A program made the translations under genes and the position numbers. Positions 40,071-51,144 of a stretch of 64,000 nt of DNA are shown here, in pieces. This DNA comes from an uncultured Ignavibacteria bacterium (GTDB lineage Bacteria > Zixibacteria > MSB-5A5 > SM1-73). Under the pieces are notes generated by a model. The model saw only the letters and a program-made list of their open reading frames with translations. It did no database searches and was not told the DNA's origin. The stretch spans positions 5,884-69,883 of the forward strand of contig CAZOJT010000011.1 of NCBI GenBank assembly GCA_964580215.1, given 5' to 3'. Each line of letters opens with the position of its first letter. The stretch's first letter is position 1.

Positions 40071-40328
40071 CAGATTGGACTCCTATGATACTTAATCCAG
40101 TTGTGTCGATCCACTCCTCAGTACGATTGCTCCACACTTTGAATCATGTCATCTGATAGGTGTGAAGCCGCTCTTTCGAAGCATCAGAACCATCTGTTCG
40201 CCTATTTTTTCTGATGCAACGGTATTAGTCTCAAGATCCTGCCAGAGGCGGGAGAAAAGCCGATGCTCGAAAATTCGGTTTTTCCCTCCCTTTATGGGAG
40301 GGAATAAAAGGGAGGGTAAAACAATCAA

Positions 40329-40643
40329 CGCCATTGGCGGGATGAATCTCCTTTTTTTCCTCACAGCTGATTATCAGGATTAAGCAGATACAAGCATCTT
40401 TCTAAACATCCTGCGGGCAGACAATCTGCTTCAAAAATCCGCTAACTCAGCTTCATCTGCTGTGAGGAAAAGCCGTAGGGACAGCCCTCGGGGCTGTCCG
40501 CTTTCGGGTTCGGACAGGGACCCCGCCATGGCGGGATTTCGCAAGCTCAACAAGCCCTGTCCCTACACTCCCATTTGTCATTCTGAGTCCCGCCGCAGGC
40601 GGGACTCAGAATCTAAAAGCAAGATACTTCGCTCAGCATGACA
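40329..40643. repeat. REP/MITE mosaic including third ~117-bp copy (40355-40471)
   Basis: Same element types as 38411-38870. Confidence 0.8.
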
Positions 40644-40708
40644 CTGCGGCCGGTGCGTATGGGCTAACCTTGTGTTCGCGCTGCCGTGAGGGGAGGTTCA
40701 TTCGGCTC

Positions 40709-42094
40709 CTACGCGCTGTCAGGAGCCGAACGCTTCTCAGGCTGAGAAAACTCTAATTGAGCAGAAGTGGGCAAGCCTTCCCTGTACTGGTCGTCTTGAG
40801 CATAAAGGTAACAGTCTAGGGCTTGAGCTTCCCATCGTTCGGTAGCACCTGGCTGTTCCTTCTTCTGCCTTCTGACGCTGGCGGCTATCTGATTTAACTC
40901 CGCCAGTAGTGCGAACCTTAGATCGGTCTCGTTCCCCTTGAATTCCCTCGCCTTTCTGCGCTCGATGACATCTGTCCGTAGCAGCGAACGTGGTCCGCCC
41001 GGAGGATACTTCCTCATTCTTGCTGGCATCCTCCTAATGTAGTCGCCGAGTCGCCCGACGATAGAACCGTAGAACCGCTTGCCCAGAAACGCCGACACTG
41101 CTAGTAGATATTCAATCTGCATTCCGGGCGGGCGCGTAGACACGGCTTCCACTAGCATCTCCTTGATCGCTGCGCCTGGACAGCCCCTCAGCCAGTAGAA
41201 GACGGGGACTTCTTTGAACAAACAGAATCTGGCTACGTGTAGCCGCTGCTTCGGGGTGAGTTGGAGTTTCTGTCTCGCTTCATACCAATCCCAAAGTTCA
41301 TGGGGCGGCGGTAGCGTAAGTGAGTCCCGGGATGACATCGCCATCCACGCAGCTATCGCCTGATCAAGCGTCTTGGGTGCCACGGTGAAACTCATTCCTT
41401 TAACGGGTATTGCGTCAGGCGCGTCATCTATGATGAAGCGCTTATGCGATTCATCCGCTGGATCTTCAGAAAGCACGAACACCTCGCTTTCCGCTGGAGC
41501 CTCTACAACGCGCGCTATCTTGCGGAAAAGAGATTCTCTGAACTCCTCGATTCGCCTATTCACTATGTCATCAAAATCTCTATCATCCGCCAAATGCACC
41601 CCCGCGCTTCTTCTTACATAGAAAGTCCCTCTTCGAAGAACAACCTTTTCTGTGCCACTTGGATACGTGAAGCTTCCATCCTTCCATATCACATGAGTGA
41701 TTCTACATGATCTCGGGATGAGAAGTGCAACGAGACGCTTGCCTCCTGACGAGAAAGCCTTGCTCCGGAGCAAAGTGATTTGAGGTTCGACGAAACGATT
41801 TACCTTTTGCATTATTTTGTTCGAGTCCGCGAGCGTACGCACGATCTCAGGATTGAGGCCAACTGGCTCAAATGAGGCGTCTCGTACGCCGAAGAGAATG
41901 TAACCTCCCAGCGTATTGGCGAAGGCCATTATGTCCTTAGTGATTTCAAGCCAATCCCGCTCGCTAACCGGATCGATAGTCTCTTTGTAGTCTATTAGCC
42001 AATCCTCTTCGCGGTAATTCGTGAGAAATTCAAGCGCTTCGTCCGAGAGAGGATCCTCGGAGTCAAGGAATTCTTGAACGCTTTTTGGTGTCAC
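40709..42094 (-). CDS. Schlafen/AlbA_2 domain protein with uncharacterised C-terminus
   Basis: EEDWLIDYKE, KDIMAFANTLGGYILFGVRD, FYVRRSAG. Confidence 0.85.
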   Translation of the reverse strand: MTPKSVQEFLDSEDPLSDEALEFLTNYREEDWLIDYKETIDPVSERDWLEITKDIMAFANTLGGYILFGVRDASFEPVGLNPEIVRTLADSNKIMQKVNRFVEPQITLLRSKAFSSGGKRLVALLIPRSCRITHVIWKDGSFTYPSGTEKVVLRRGTFYVRRSAGVHLADDRDFDDIVNRRIEEFRESLFRKIARVVEAPAESEVFVLSEDPADESHKRFIIDDAPDAIPVKGMSFTVAPKTLDQAIAAWMAMSSRDSLTLPPPHELWDWYEARQKLQLTPKQRLHVARFCLFKEVPVFYWLRGCPGAAIKEMLVEAVSTRPPGMQIEYLLAVSAFLGKRFYGSIVGRLGDYIRRMPARMRKYPPGGPRSLLRTDVIERRKAREFKGNETDLRFALLAELNQIAASVRRQKKEQPGATERWEAQALDCYLYAQDDQYREGLPTSAQLEFSQPEKRSAPDSA

Positions 42095-42326
42095 CTACTG
42101 CCTCCGCACGAGATTAGCCGGTGCCATAGGAAATGCACCCGTCCGTTACCTTCGCAAATGTCGCGCAAGACGGCTGCCATGAGCCGCTCTCGCAGGACCC
42201 TCCAGCAATCACGTCTATGTGTCCACTACAAGAAGTTACTGCCTTTTTCCTGAATAGTCAATCCTTTTCTACCTAGGTTCTCCCTGGGAAGAACTGTATT
42301 GGCGCAAAAAGAGGGTGGGCAATCGT

Positions 42327-44300
42327 CTACTCAGTTCTCGTGCGGCGGAAAAGGAAGTAGCCCAACAGGGCGAAGATGGCTAAAGAGAGTATATCACCCA
42401 ATGATCCTGAGAGGAGAAAGCCCACCCCTTTTGGCTTTCCCAGGAAGAATGCATACAAAGCTATGCCCACACCCAACAACCCCTCACCAGCTATAAGCCC
42501 GGAGCCGAAGAGAATTCCCTTTTCTCTTCTTTGGTTAAGCTCTACTTCTTTGCTCTTATATTTTTTCTCTATGAAACGCCTTATGCATCCTCCAACAAAG
42601 ATGGGTGTCATGGTGGAGACTGGCAGGTAAAGCCCCACTGCAAACGGAAGGGAGGGTAAGCGGAAAAGTTCAACTATGCCGCTAAGCGCGGCTCCGGCGA
42701 TAACAAAACCCCAGGGAATCTGAGCCTGCAAAACCCCTTCTATTACGGTCTTCATCAAAGTTGCCTGAGGGGCGGGCAGGTCGGTTGAGCCAAATTCATA
42801 AGCGCTGTTTAAGATCATCACTGCACCGCAGACGGCAAAGGCGGAAGTCATTGCGCCGATAAGCTCTCCGATCTGCTGTCTGTTGGGGGTAGCTCCCACC
42901 AGGAATCCGGTCTTGAGATCCTGGGAGGTATCACCGGCTATGGATGCGGCCACACAAACCACGGTGCCCACGGTCAAAGCCGCCACCATGCCCACTTCAT
43001 CGGTCCAGCCTAAAAGCACGAAGATCAAACTGGTGCCCAGAAGAGTCATAATGGTCATACCAGAGGTGGGATTGGAGGAGACCCCCACCAGACCGACTAT
43101 ACGGGAGGATACGGTAACGAAGAAAAAAGCAAATATGGCTATGCACAAAGCACCCATCAGTCTGATATAAATGGATTCCACATTGCCCAGTATATGAGGC
43201 ACCAAAGCGATTATCAAAACTATTACAGCCACACCTCCAAGAACATAGGTAATGGGCAGATCAGCCTGGGTTCTATCTCTTTTGGGTTGAACGGTCGGGG
43301 TATGCGGTGAGGTTTTCTTCATTCTGGATTTCATCTCATCCAGGCTCAATTTGAAGGATTTCACCATGGTGGGAATGGATCTTATGATGGTGATTATACC
43401 TCCGAAAGCAACTGCTCCAGCTCCTACATATCTTATGTATCTATTCCAGATCTCCGAGGGGCTCATATCGATTATGAGTTTGGTGGTTTCAGGGAACAAG
43501 GGGATGGTCATTCCTTCCCCATAGTAAGCGATCAGAGGAATCAATATCACCCAGGAGATCAAACCCCCTGCCACCATGATAAATGATATGCGGAATCCCA
43601 GAATGTAGCCCACGCCCAAAAGAGCAGGAGTGGTCTCAATGCCTATCTGTGCCTTTTTCAACCCGGGAATAGCGGAATGCACTTTATCTTTCCACAGGTG
43701 CAGAAAGCCGATGAAAAACTTGTAGAACGCGCCGATTCCCAATCCCAGAAAAACATTGCTGGCTTTGGCTCCTCCGGCTTCGCTGGCAACCAGAACCTTG
43801 GCACAAGCGGTTCCTTCAGGATAGGGGAGCTTGCCATGTTCCTGGACGATTAGGAATCTTCTCAGCGGGATCATAAAAAGAATGCCCAAAAGCCCTCCCA
43901 ACAGAGCCAGGCTTGCCATCTGGACCAACGTGGGGTTCAAACCCCATAAGAATAATGCCGGAATGGTGAAAATAACTCCTGAAGCCAGGGACGAACTGGC
44001 AGACCCTACGGTCTGAGAGATGTTGTTCTCCAGAATGGTGGTTTTGCCGAAAAGAGGTCTGGCAAAGCGAAAGAAAGCCACGGTCATTACCGCTACGGGA
44101 ATAGAGGTGGAGACAGTCAAGCCGGCTTTTAAACCTAAATAGGCGTTAGCCGCTCCAAACATTATCCCGAAGATGATCCCGGAGATCACCACCCTAGGGG
44201 TGAACTCCGGAAGAATTTTTTCTCTTGCCACGTAGGGTTGGAACTCTGGGCCTGAGATCGATTGTGAATTATTTGGTTTTTTTTGCATATGACTATTCAA
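42327..44300 (-). CDS. OPT-family oligopeptide transporter
   Basis: YLGLKAGLTVSTSIP, ENNISQT, YPEGTACA, SNPTSG, DLKTGFL, APQATLM. Confidence 0.95.
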   Translation of the reverse strand: MNSHMQKKPNNSQSISGPEFQPYVAREKILPEFTPRVVISGIIFGIMFGAANAYLGLKAGLTVSTSIPVAVMTVAFFRFARPLFGKTTILENNISQTVGSASSSLASGVIFTIPALFLWGLNPTLVQMASLALLGGLLGILFMIPLRRFLIVQEHGKLPYPEGTACAKVLVASEAGGAKASNVFLGLGIGAFYKFFIGFLHLWKDKVHSAIPGLKKAQIGIETTPALLGVGYILGFRISFIMVAGGLISWVILIPLIAYYGEGMTIPLFPETTKLIIDMSPSEIWNRYIRYVGAGAVAFGGIITIIRSIPTMVKSFKLSLDEMKSRMKKTSPHTPTVQPKRDRTQADLPITYVLGGVAVIVLIIALVPHILGNVESIYIRLMGALCIAIFAFFFVTVSSRIVGLVGVSSNPTSGMTIMTLLGTSLIFVLLGWTDEVGMVAALTVGTVVCVAASIAGDTSQDLKTGFLVGATPNRQQIGELIGAMTSAFAVCGAVMILNSAYEFGSTDLPAPQATLMKTVIEGVLQAQIPWGFVIAGAALSGIVELFRLPSLPFAVGLYLPVSTMTPIFVGGCIRRFIEKKYKSKEVELNQRREKGILFGSGLIAGEGLLGVGIALYAFFLGKPKGVGFLLSGSLGDILSLAIFALLGYFLFRRTRTE

Positions 44301-44453
44301 AAAACGGAGAGGCCGGGATTCTAATATGAGTGTTTTCGCAAGTTGCTCTCTGCCATTAAATTACGAAATAAGTCTTTGGCTCTCAAGAATTTCGAACTTT
44401 TATTTGTTTTGATATGTTTTTAGTTATTTTTACTCTGGATGGACACAATTTGG

Positions 44454-47434
44454 TCACAATGTGGGAGTCGTGCTTGGGGCTCCATCCGTGTGTGAAAAAA
44501 CTTTCTTTTTCAGCATTTGTACGGACTTTGTGATTGCATTGATAAAATTATCCTTTGCCAATTGCCCATCTTCAGCAGACAATTCTGTTTTTGGTCGTTC
44601 TGTTTGTGAATCCTCTGCATGAGGTATTGGGGCTTCTACACGCAATGCGTGGACGGTGCCAAAACAAGATCCAATTAATTTAAAATCTGCTTTCGACTTA
44701 AGAAACTCGTATCTGCTATTCACCTTGGAGCTACGCCTTAGAGAGACATATTTTCGATCGTCATCTTGAAATAGTTCATCTTTGAAAGCGTCCAAGATTC
44801 TTTTGCTAATTAAATCACAAACATTGTCCAAAAGAGTAGCATAAAGGGAATAGCTACCACTAAGCCAGGATTTGTAAGCCTGATGGCACTGAGACTTAAT
44901 TGTCTCCGCTTTATCTCCAAATATTGCAGCTAAGTCCAATTTTGGGTCAGAAAATGTAGGGTGTTTATCAGTTAAATTCCGCATTATTTCTAATAGCTCG
45001 AAGTCACCAATGTTTGAAATGAAACCGATGGCGCGATCAATGCCGTTAACCATCTTAGGCAGGTGAGATTCCTCCGCTCTGAGCTTTTCCAAAAATGGGA
45101 TATCCTGGGAACTTCCCACCCTTCCTATTGCCTCAACTACCGCTATTCTGATCGCCTTTTCGGGATGGGCAGTAGACGGATCAACAAACGGCTTTACCAA
45201 CTGAAAACCTCGTTTATCGTCTAGTTTTCCGATTACTCTTATCCAAATTATTATTACCTCTATATTGTCTTGGCTTGGTTCTTCTTTAGAAACTCTTGCA
45301 AATATGTTGTCTAAAGATTGCTTAATAACACCTTCCAGCTTCTTCTCCTGACTCTTGGCTTCTAATAACGGATCAATGCTTTCCTCAGAGCAGATTTTAC
45401 CTAATGAAACATATGCAGTTTCCCGAACTTCTTTATTCTGCTCAGTGAATCTTTCATGAAGTGCTTCTAAAACACTGTTGGGACAATGAGACTTTATTTT
45501 ATAGTCAAAGATGAGTCCCGCAGTTTTCGCTGCCGTCTCCCGAATTTTAGGGGTTCTTCCATTATTTATATTTTGCACTAAAATGTTTTTTGCATCCGAG
45601 GTATATCTTTCAATTAAATCCTCGAGAAGTTTTGTTGTGTACGGCTCTGAAATTGTGGAAGTCAATCCCTTAACTATGATCGAAACGTCAATAAGATTAT
45701 GTTCATGTAGTGTATCGTAAACCCACTCGTTAAATACATCATCTTCTGTAAGATACCGGGCTAAAAACTCTTTGCTCTCCTGCTTCCAAGAGCTTACAAT
45801 ATCTTTTGAAACCCACTTTTGAAACTGGATTCTATCCTTCGTAGCCTTACTACCATTGTAGCAATAGTTAGACGCTGTACGGATCAGTACTTCCAGAATC
45901 TTTGCTCTATGTTCATTTAGCCTGCAGCCTTCGGTCAGTATATATTTTGACGGAGTTCGGTTTTGCGTCACTAACCAATCATCTGCTACTCTTTCCACAA
46001 ATTTTTCCCCGGTGCTGGGATTGCTTAAGAATCTATTAATTAGTTTCTTTAAGCCGTCATTTAGTGCCTCCAGTTTCTCTGTTACTGTCTTGGACGAGAG
46101 CCTTATTAAGGGATAGAGACAATTCTTCGCGCAAAGGTGCCAATCTTCATTGAGGATTTCAGTTTTGAATAATGGCACTAGAATAGTCTGCAATTCGTTA
46201 AAATAAGTGGGAAGATATCTTCTTAGTCTTTCTTCGTCTTCATAGCACTCTTTGGCGAAAAATTCGAGGCTCTTGGTAATATTTCTTACGAAAGCCTCTT
46301 TATTGTTGGGAATGTTCTGGTTTTGTCTTAAATAATTCCGGCACTCTCCATAATTTGGGTTCGCATTTTCGAATGTCTTTCTAATGACATCTATTGGCTT
46401 CTCGGAGTAGCTCTTATTCAAATTTGGAAGTATGTGACCTTTATTAGTATTCCATTGCCCAGTGTTAACATATCTAAGCAGCGCATTGATCGTTTTGACG
46501 CTATCTTTTTTGCAGTTGTTCAATATTTGAATTATTGAAGACCCTGCAGACTTATTAAGTGGCCAGTCACAGGTTGCTATCGAGATCACGTTAATCAGAT
46601 CCGGGTCTATCATATCTTTTATCAAGGATGCCAAGTTTTCATTCAGCCCTTGATCCTGATTCACCTGAGGTAGAATTTGTTCTATGACTTTATCAATTCT
46701 TCTTTTTTGCTTGGTAGTTTTCTTCAAGTCTTTGATTATACCTAAAAGAGGAAAGACAACTTTTGAGTTATTAACGTCCCCTTCAATCTTATCGAGAACA
46801 GAGTCAACAAGTGAATCAAACCCCATCTTCGCAAGATACTTGGCCCACTGCTCTCTGTAGACGTCTGGGCACGAAGGGTCCGAGATTTTTTCTAAAATCC
46901 CCAGAGCCGATTCTTCATTTTTCAACGAATCGGACGAGAGAGCTTCAAACGCAGAGATGATAAAGGCAGGGCGCTGTTGCATTGCCTCATGTGTCGAAGG
47001 GAAGTATTTTTCCTCTTTGATGATACTGTATAGCAGCGCTAAGACCTTGTCCTTTTTTTCTTTGAACCTAATTTCTTAATAGCATCACATTGAGTTTTAT
47101 AGAATCTCTGATTCTTAGCTACGTGCACTAGAACATTGGTCGCAGCATCAGTTGGATTTTGAGATAAGGCCTCAATGCATTGAGTTCTGATTGGCTCCTG
47201 CGACTTCTCGGTCGAAGCAAATAGAATAGAGCCGATTGCTAAAGCGGACCTTTGGTCTCTTACCTGAGCTATCCGTTGGACTACTTTTTGAAGGTAGCTT
47301 TGATCAAATCCCCAAGCGGTTTGAACAATAAAGTCTATGTCTTTTGAATCTAAGCTCTTGATAGAGTCCAAAGCTTGGATTCTTATGTTTTCGTCTTCAT
47401 CTAACAACTCTTTCCGTGCTTTTTTCGAGATCAT
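44454..47434 (-). pseudogene. ~990-aa HEAT/ARM-repeat protein split into ORFs 47039..47434 and 44454..46982 by a 1-nt frameshift at an A7 run
   Basis: -1 frame is open across T7 at 47053-47059, giving ...KLGSKKKDKVLALLYSIIKEEKYFPSTHEAMQQRP...; HEAT-like VRETAYVSLGKI, IRIAVVEAIGRV; AT-rich. Confidence 0.7.
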
Positions 47435-48340
47435 AGATTACTTACTCCAATTTGTTATCGTCCATCAAGCTAAGTGTCGGAACCTGAATGATATTACAAT
47501 AAAGCGTGAAATCGGCAGAATGTCAATTAATTTGTTGTGGCCAAACCAGCGGTTAACAGAAAACAGGTTAAGGACCTTATTCAATGCGAGAACAACAAAA
47601 ATGCTTGCATTTTTGGTCTTTCAAACGGGCTTCTAATGAGTAAGCTTATGTTTGAGGAAAAAGCGAAGCTATGGCTTCCTTCCACTTCCTCTCTCTTTTC
47701 TCTTTTCTATTTCAAAGAGAGAGGATGGGGGTGGGGTTTTCAAATCCCGCTAATCCTGCGGATTATCAACTTCATCAAATCCTTAAGATTTTTATATTGC
47801 TCGTCACGAAAATGTACAGAGGTTTCTGAAAAAGCCTTTGGAGATCGGAAATTGGAGTGTCCCGCTTTAGCGGGACCAAAAAAAACGCGTTTATCTTTCA
47901 AGGACTTACTAAGCGGAGCATATAATTGTTTACATCCCCCCTAAAGAAATGGGGGGAAGGGGGGATTCGTATGAATGCATACGCACATTCATACGAATAA
48001 TAAGATGTAAACTGTTTCCTGCTCCTCTTAGTAAAAGGTCAAGCTAAAGTCGTAGATCCCGCTTCGGCGGGGCTTGACACTCCAAAATAACAACTCAAAA
48101 ACTTACTTTTTCTGAGTTCTCGCACACGGTAACGGATTCACCCTGAATGGAAAGGGCGTCCCGTTACCACCGAGGAGAACTTTATCTTATCAAGGAGACT
48201 ACAAATACTTATGGTGCAGATTTTCCTTGGGTGCGAACCATACGGTTCATACCGTAGGATTAATAGAAGAATTCGAACTTGCGCCACGCTTCGGAGCAAT
48301 TAAACCATGAACTATGAACCATGAACTGTGAACAACAAAA

Positions 48341-48412
48341 AAGGAGCGGGTATCTGAATAAAAGGGGGTTTTAAGGGGGGCAATAAGGGAAACTCAGATA
48401 ACCCGCTCCGGG
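48341..48412 (-). terminator. Probable terminator hairpin with large loop downstream of the peptidase gene
   Basis: ggagcgggttatctgag...ttcagatacccgctcc followed by TTTTT on - strand. Confidence 0.5.
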
Positions 48413-48452
48413 GCTTTAATATTCTTTTTTAGTCTGTACTAAAAACTATCCC

Positions 48453-50627
48453 TCATTTCTGGGGAGGAGGTCCTCCTCTGAATAGGTAATTTATTATATA
48501 CAGCACATCTCCTAATTCTATTTGACCATCGCTGTTAGCATCTCCTGCCTCCAGCGGGTCAGGAGCCGGTCCATCCCGGTAAAGGTAACTGATCAGGAAA
48601 ATGACGTCGCTTAAGGTTATACGACCGTCTCCATTGGTATCCCCCCGCAAGAAGCTTCCTGCCACAATCGCCTTCTCCACATTGCTCCAGGCTCCCCACT
48701 GATTCTGGGCGTCTTTTGCCCTCACCTTATAGAAGTAAGCTCCTTCCTCCTGTCCGGAGATCTGATAAAATGTGTCAGCGATGGCATCAGAGAGGGAGAC
48801 CACACTTTGGTATCTTTCAAATGGAAAGACATCGTCTGCATAAAATCCTTCCTCATCGACGTAGGAATCGGTCACGTAACGGAGGCGAAGATATATCTCA
48901 TCTCCAACATGGTCAGCCAGATTGAATTTTCCCTCTATCCAACCACTGGAGTATCCTGTGATTCCTTTGCCCAGGTTATTCCCGTGCGGATTGTAGTCAG
49001 TGGTGATGTTTCCCGGGATGGAGAAGAAGCTGTTCCCCCCATCCGTGGATATCTCCACATAAGCGTAGTCCCAGTCTCCCTCTATATCATACCAGCACCA
49101 CATTTTCAAGGTATCGCCGGGTTGAACGTTAATGCTGTTCTGCACGGTAACCTTATTATTCAACCTATTTCCCTGCCCGGAATAAAAGCTATGTGTGGGC
49201 GAGTGGCTTCTGGCGGCAGAGACGGTGAATCCATCCAGATCCCAATTCTCATACCCATCCTCCACATCATAGGTGATCCTTTCAAATCCGGTCATCTCCA
49301 CCAGTTCAAAGACGGATGCTGGATTTAAAGTATCATAATGAGACCAAAAGATGGGATAATCGGAGTATACACTATCTATTGGAGCCAAGACGGGCGAGAC
49401 CGGTGGGAGTATCTTATATGGATTGTCCGCCAACTCCGCCCACAACAGGTTCGGTTCGAGCATGAGTTGACAAAGCGGCAATATTCGGCCGGAAGGGGGC
49501 CAGAATCCATCATCGCCATTGCCGATTTCGGGAGAAATGGCGATGATCTTTGGCTTTGAGACGGTGTCTCCGTATTCCCAATCGAAGCTTCCTCCATTTA
49601 CCGGATACATAGCTTCCCAGCAGGTTGTGGGAACATAACCACAGAAGACCGCCATGGACCCTGCAATAGCCACAAAGAGGTTGTGATCCGGGGTATATAT
49701 GTAATCATAACCCCAGGGATAGAGAAGCCACTCCCCGTAAGTGTGATTGTCCAGGGACATCGTAAAATTCCTGCTGTTTATAAAATCTCTCATAACCTGG
49801 GTGGTCGGCTCGGAAAATGGTCCTGTTCCTCGGTAGGTTTCATCTGAGCAATAGGGGCTGGAGCCGGAATTATCATACCCCCACATATAGCCCCAGTTTC
49901 GATTCAAATCCACGCCCCAGTCTTCTCCCCCACAGTTTCGCCGATTTTTTCGCCACATTCCACCACCGCTTGGATTGGTATATTGATTATAGCAATATCC
50001 ATCCGGATTGACCACCGGAACAAACCACAGTTCCCTATTGTCTACCAGAAAGGTGGCTTGAGAATCCGTGCCGTAGTTGTCCAGAAGGTACCACATGAAA
50101 TACAAAAGCACTTCCATGCCCGCTGGTTCGCGCGCATGGATCAAACCGTTGAAAAAAACCTCCGGCTCATCTTCGTCCACAATCGGATTATCCGAAATCT
50201 TGAAAGCCCAGATAACGCTGTCTTCCAAACTATGACCAATATCTATCTTGGCGGTGGTAAGGGAAGGATAAAGCTCATGCATAGAATCCAGAACAGCCTC
50301 CACCTCTTTATAAGTATGATATCCCCCCATATCTTTGATTCTGTCCAATCTGCTCTGATAGAAAGCCACCAGGTCCTCATGCACTATCTCTACCTCATAT
50401 CCTGACGAACGGAGTTGATCAACTTCCTCCCGGTCAGTGACGATGTCGATGTATTGTCCATATTTAACATAAGCCACATCCAGATTGAGTTTGAAAATTT
50501 CCTTCATTTGCGCCTTAAAAGCCAGATGGATCCTTGCCTGCATGACCTGCTCTGCTGATACATCTGAAAAGAGGAAAACAACACAGAATAAAGACAACGC
50601 TATCGGTAGAATTCTTGAGATTTTCAT
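48453..50627 (-). CDS. Secreted M14 zinc carboxypeptidase + immune-inhibitor-A-like beta-sandwich + dockerin
   Basis: HAREP, WRKNR, GVDLNRNW, DNHTYG; dockerin RGDTNGDGRITLSDVIFLISYL...GDANSDGQIELGDVLYIINYLF; start MKISR inferred. Confidence 0.9.
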   Translation of the reverse strand: MKISRILPIALSLFCVVFLFSDVSAEQVMQARIHLAFKAQMKEIFKLNLDVAYVKYGQYIDIVTDREEVDQLRSSGYEVEIVHEDLVAFYQSRLDRIKDMGGYHTYKEVEAVLDSMHELYPSLTTAKIDIGHSLEDSVIWAFKISDNPIVDEDEPEVFFNGLIHAREPAGMEVLLYFMWYLLDNYGTDSQATFLVDNRELWFVPVVNPDGYCYNQYTNPSGGGMWRKNRRNCGGEDWGVDLNRNWGYMWGYDNSGSSPYCSDETYRGTGPFSEPTTQVMRDFINSRNFTMSLDNHTYGEWLLYPWGYDYIYTPDHNLFVAIAGSMAVFCGYVPTTCWEAMYPVNGGSFDWEYGDTVSKPKIIAISPEIGNGDDGFWPPSGRILPLCQLMLEPNLLWAELADNPYKILPPVSPVLAPIDSVYSDYPIFWSHYDTLNPASVFELVEMTGFERITYDVEDGYENWDLDGFTVSAARSHSPTHSFYSGQGNRLNNKVTVQNSINVQPGDTLKMWCWYDIEGDWDYAYVEISTDGGNSFFSIPGNITTDYNPHGNNLGKGITGYSSGWIEGKFNLADHVGDEIYLRLRYVTDSYVDEEGFYADDVFPFERYQSVVSLSDAIADTFYQISGQEEGAYFYKVRAKDAQNQWGAWSNVEKAIVAGSFLRGDTNGDGRITLSDVIFLISYLYRDGPAPDPLEAGDANSDGQIELGDVLYIINYLFRGGPPPQK

Positions 50628-51144
50628 TGTTACCTCTGTCCAGATTGACTTCATACTAACTTTTTCGAACCTATGAAAAATTCACGCTTTCAGATCGAAG
50701 AGAAATCCTTAAGTCAACTTGTTGAACCTCCATTGGAGGCTACATTTTTTTCAAAACGAAGCGGTTTAAATGAAATCTTAACTTTCCTTAAGTTCAATAT
50801 AATTGCTATCCCGAATTTGTCAATTAGAAGCTTTGCTTAATATTTAACCAGAAATTACCACCATCAACTTTTCGGCGAATCCGATTCTTTTGTTGCTTTT
50901 GGCAAGCAGACGACTGCTTATCCGGTAAAAAACAGATTCAGTCTATATATAAAGAATAAAATCCCTTACTTATTCGATATGGGAAGCCTTCTCTTTTAAT
51001 AGTAAAAACAAGATGCGTCTTTTATCTGACTAAACAGGCTCTTTTGCACCACATGTTAATAGACTGCGCACCTTGCCCAACCATATGGTTGACAAAAAAA
51101 CTCAATTCAAGTGAACCAACAGAGATATAATCCCACCCCGTCTT

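Noticed and set aside
40149-40364. 71-aa ORF upstream of the methyltransferase
   Set aside because: Built from repeat and hairpin sequence; no SD or recognisable family
47337-47944. Short ORFs upstream of the HEAT gene
   Set aside because: Low-complexity promoter/repeat region, no protein-like signal
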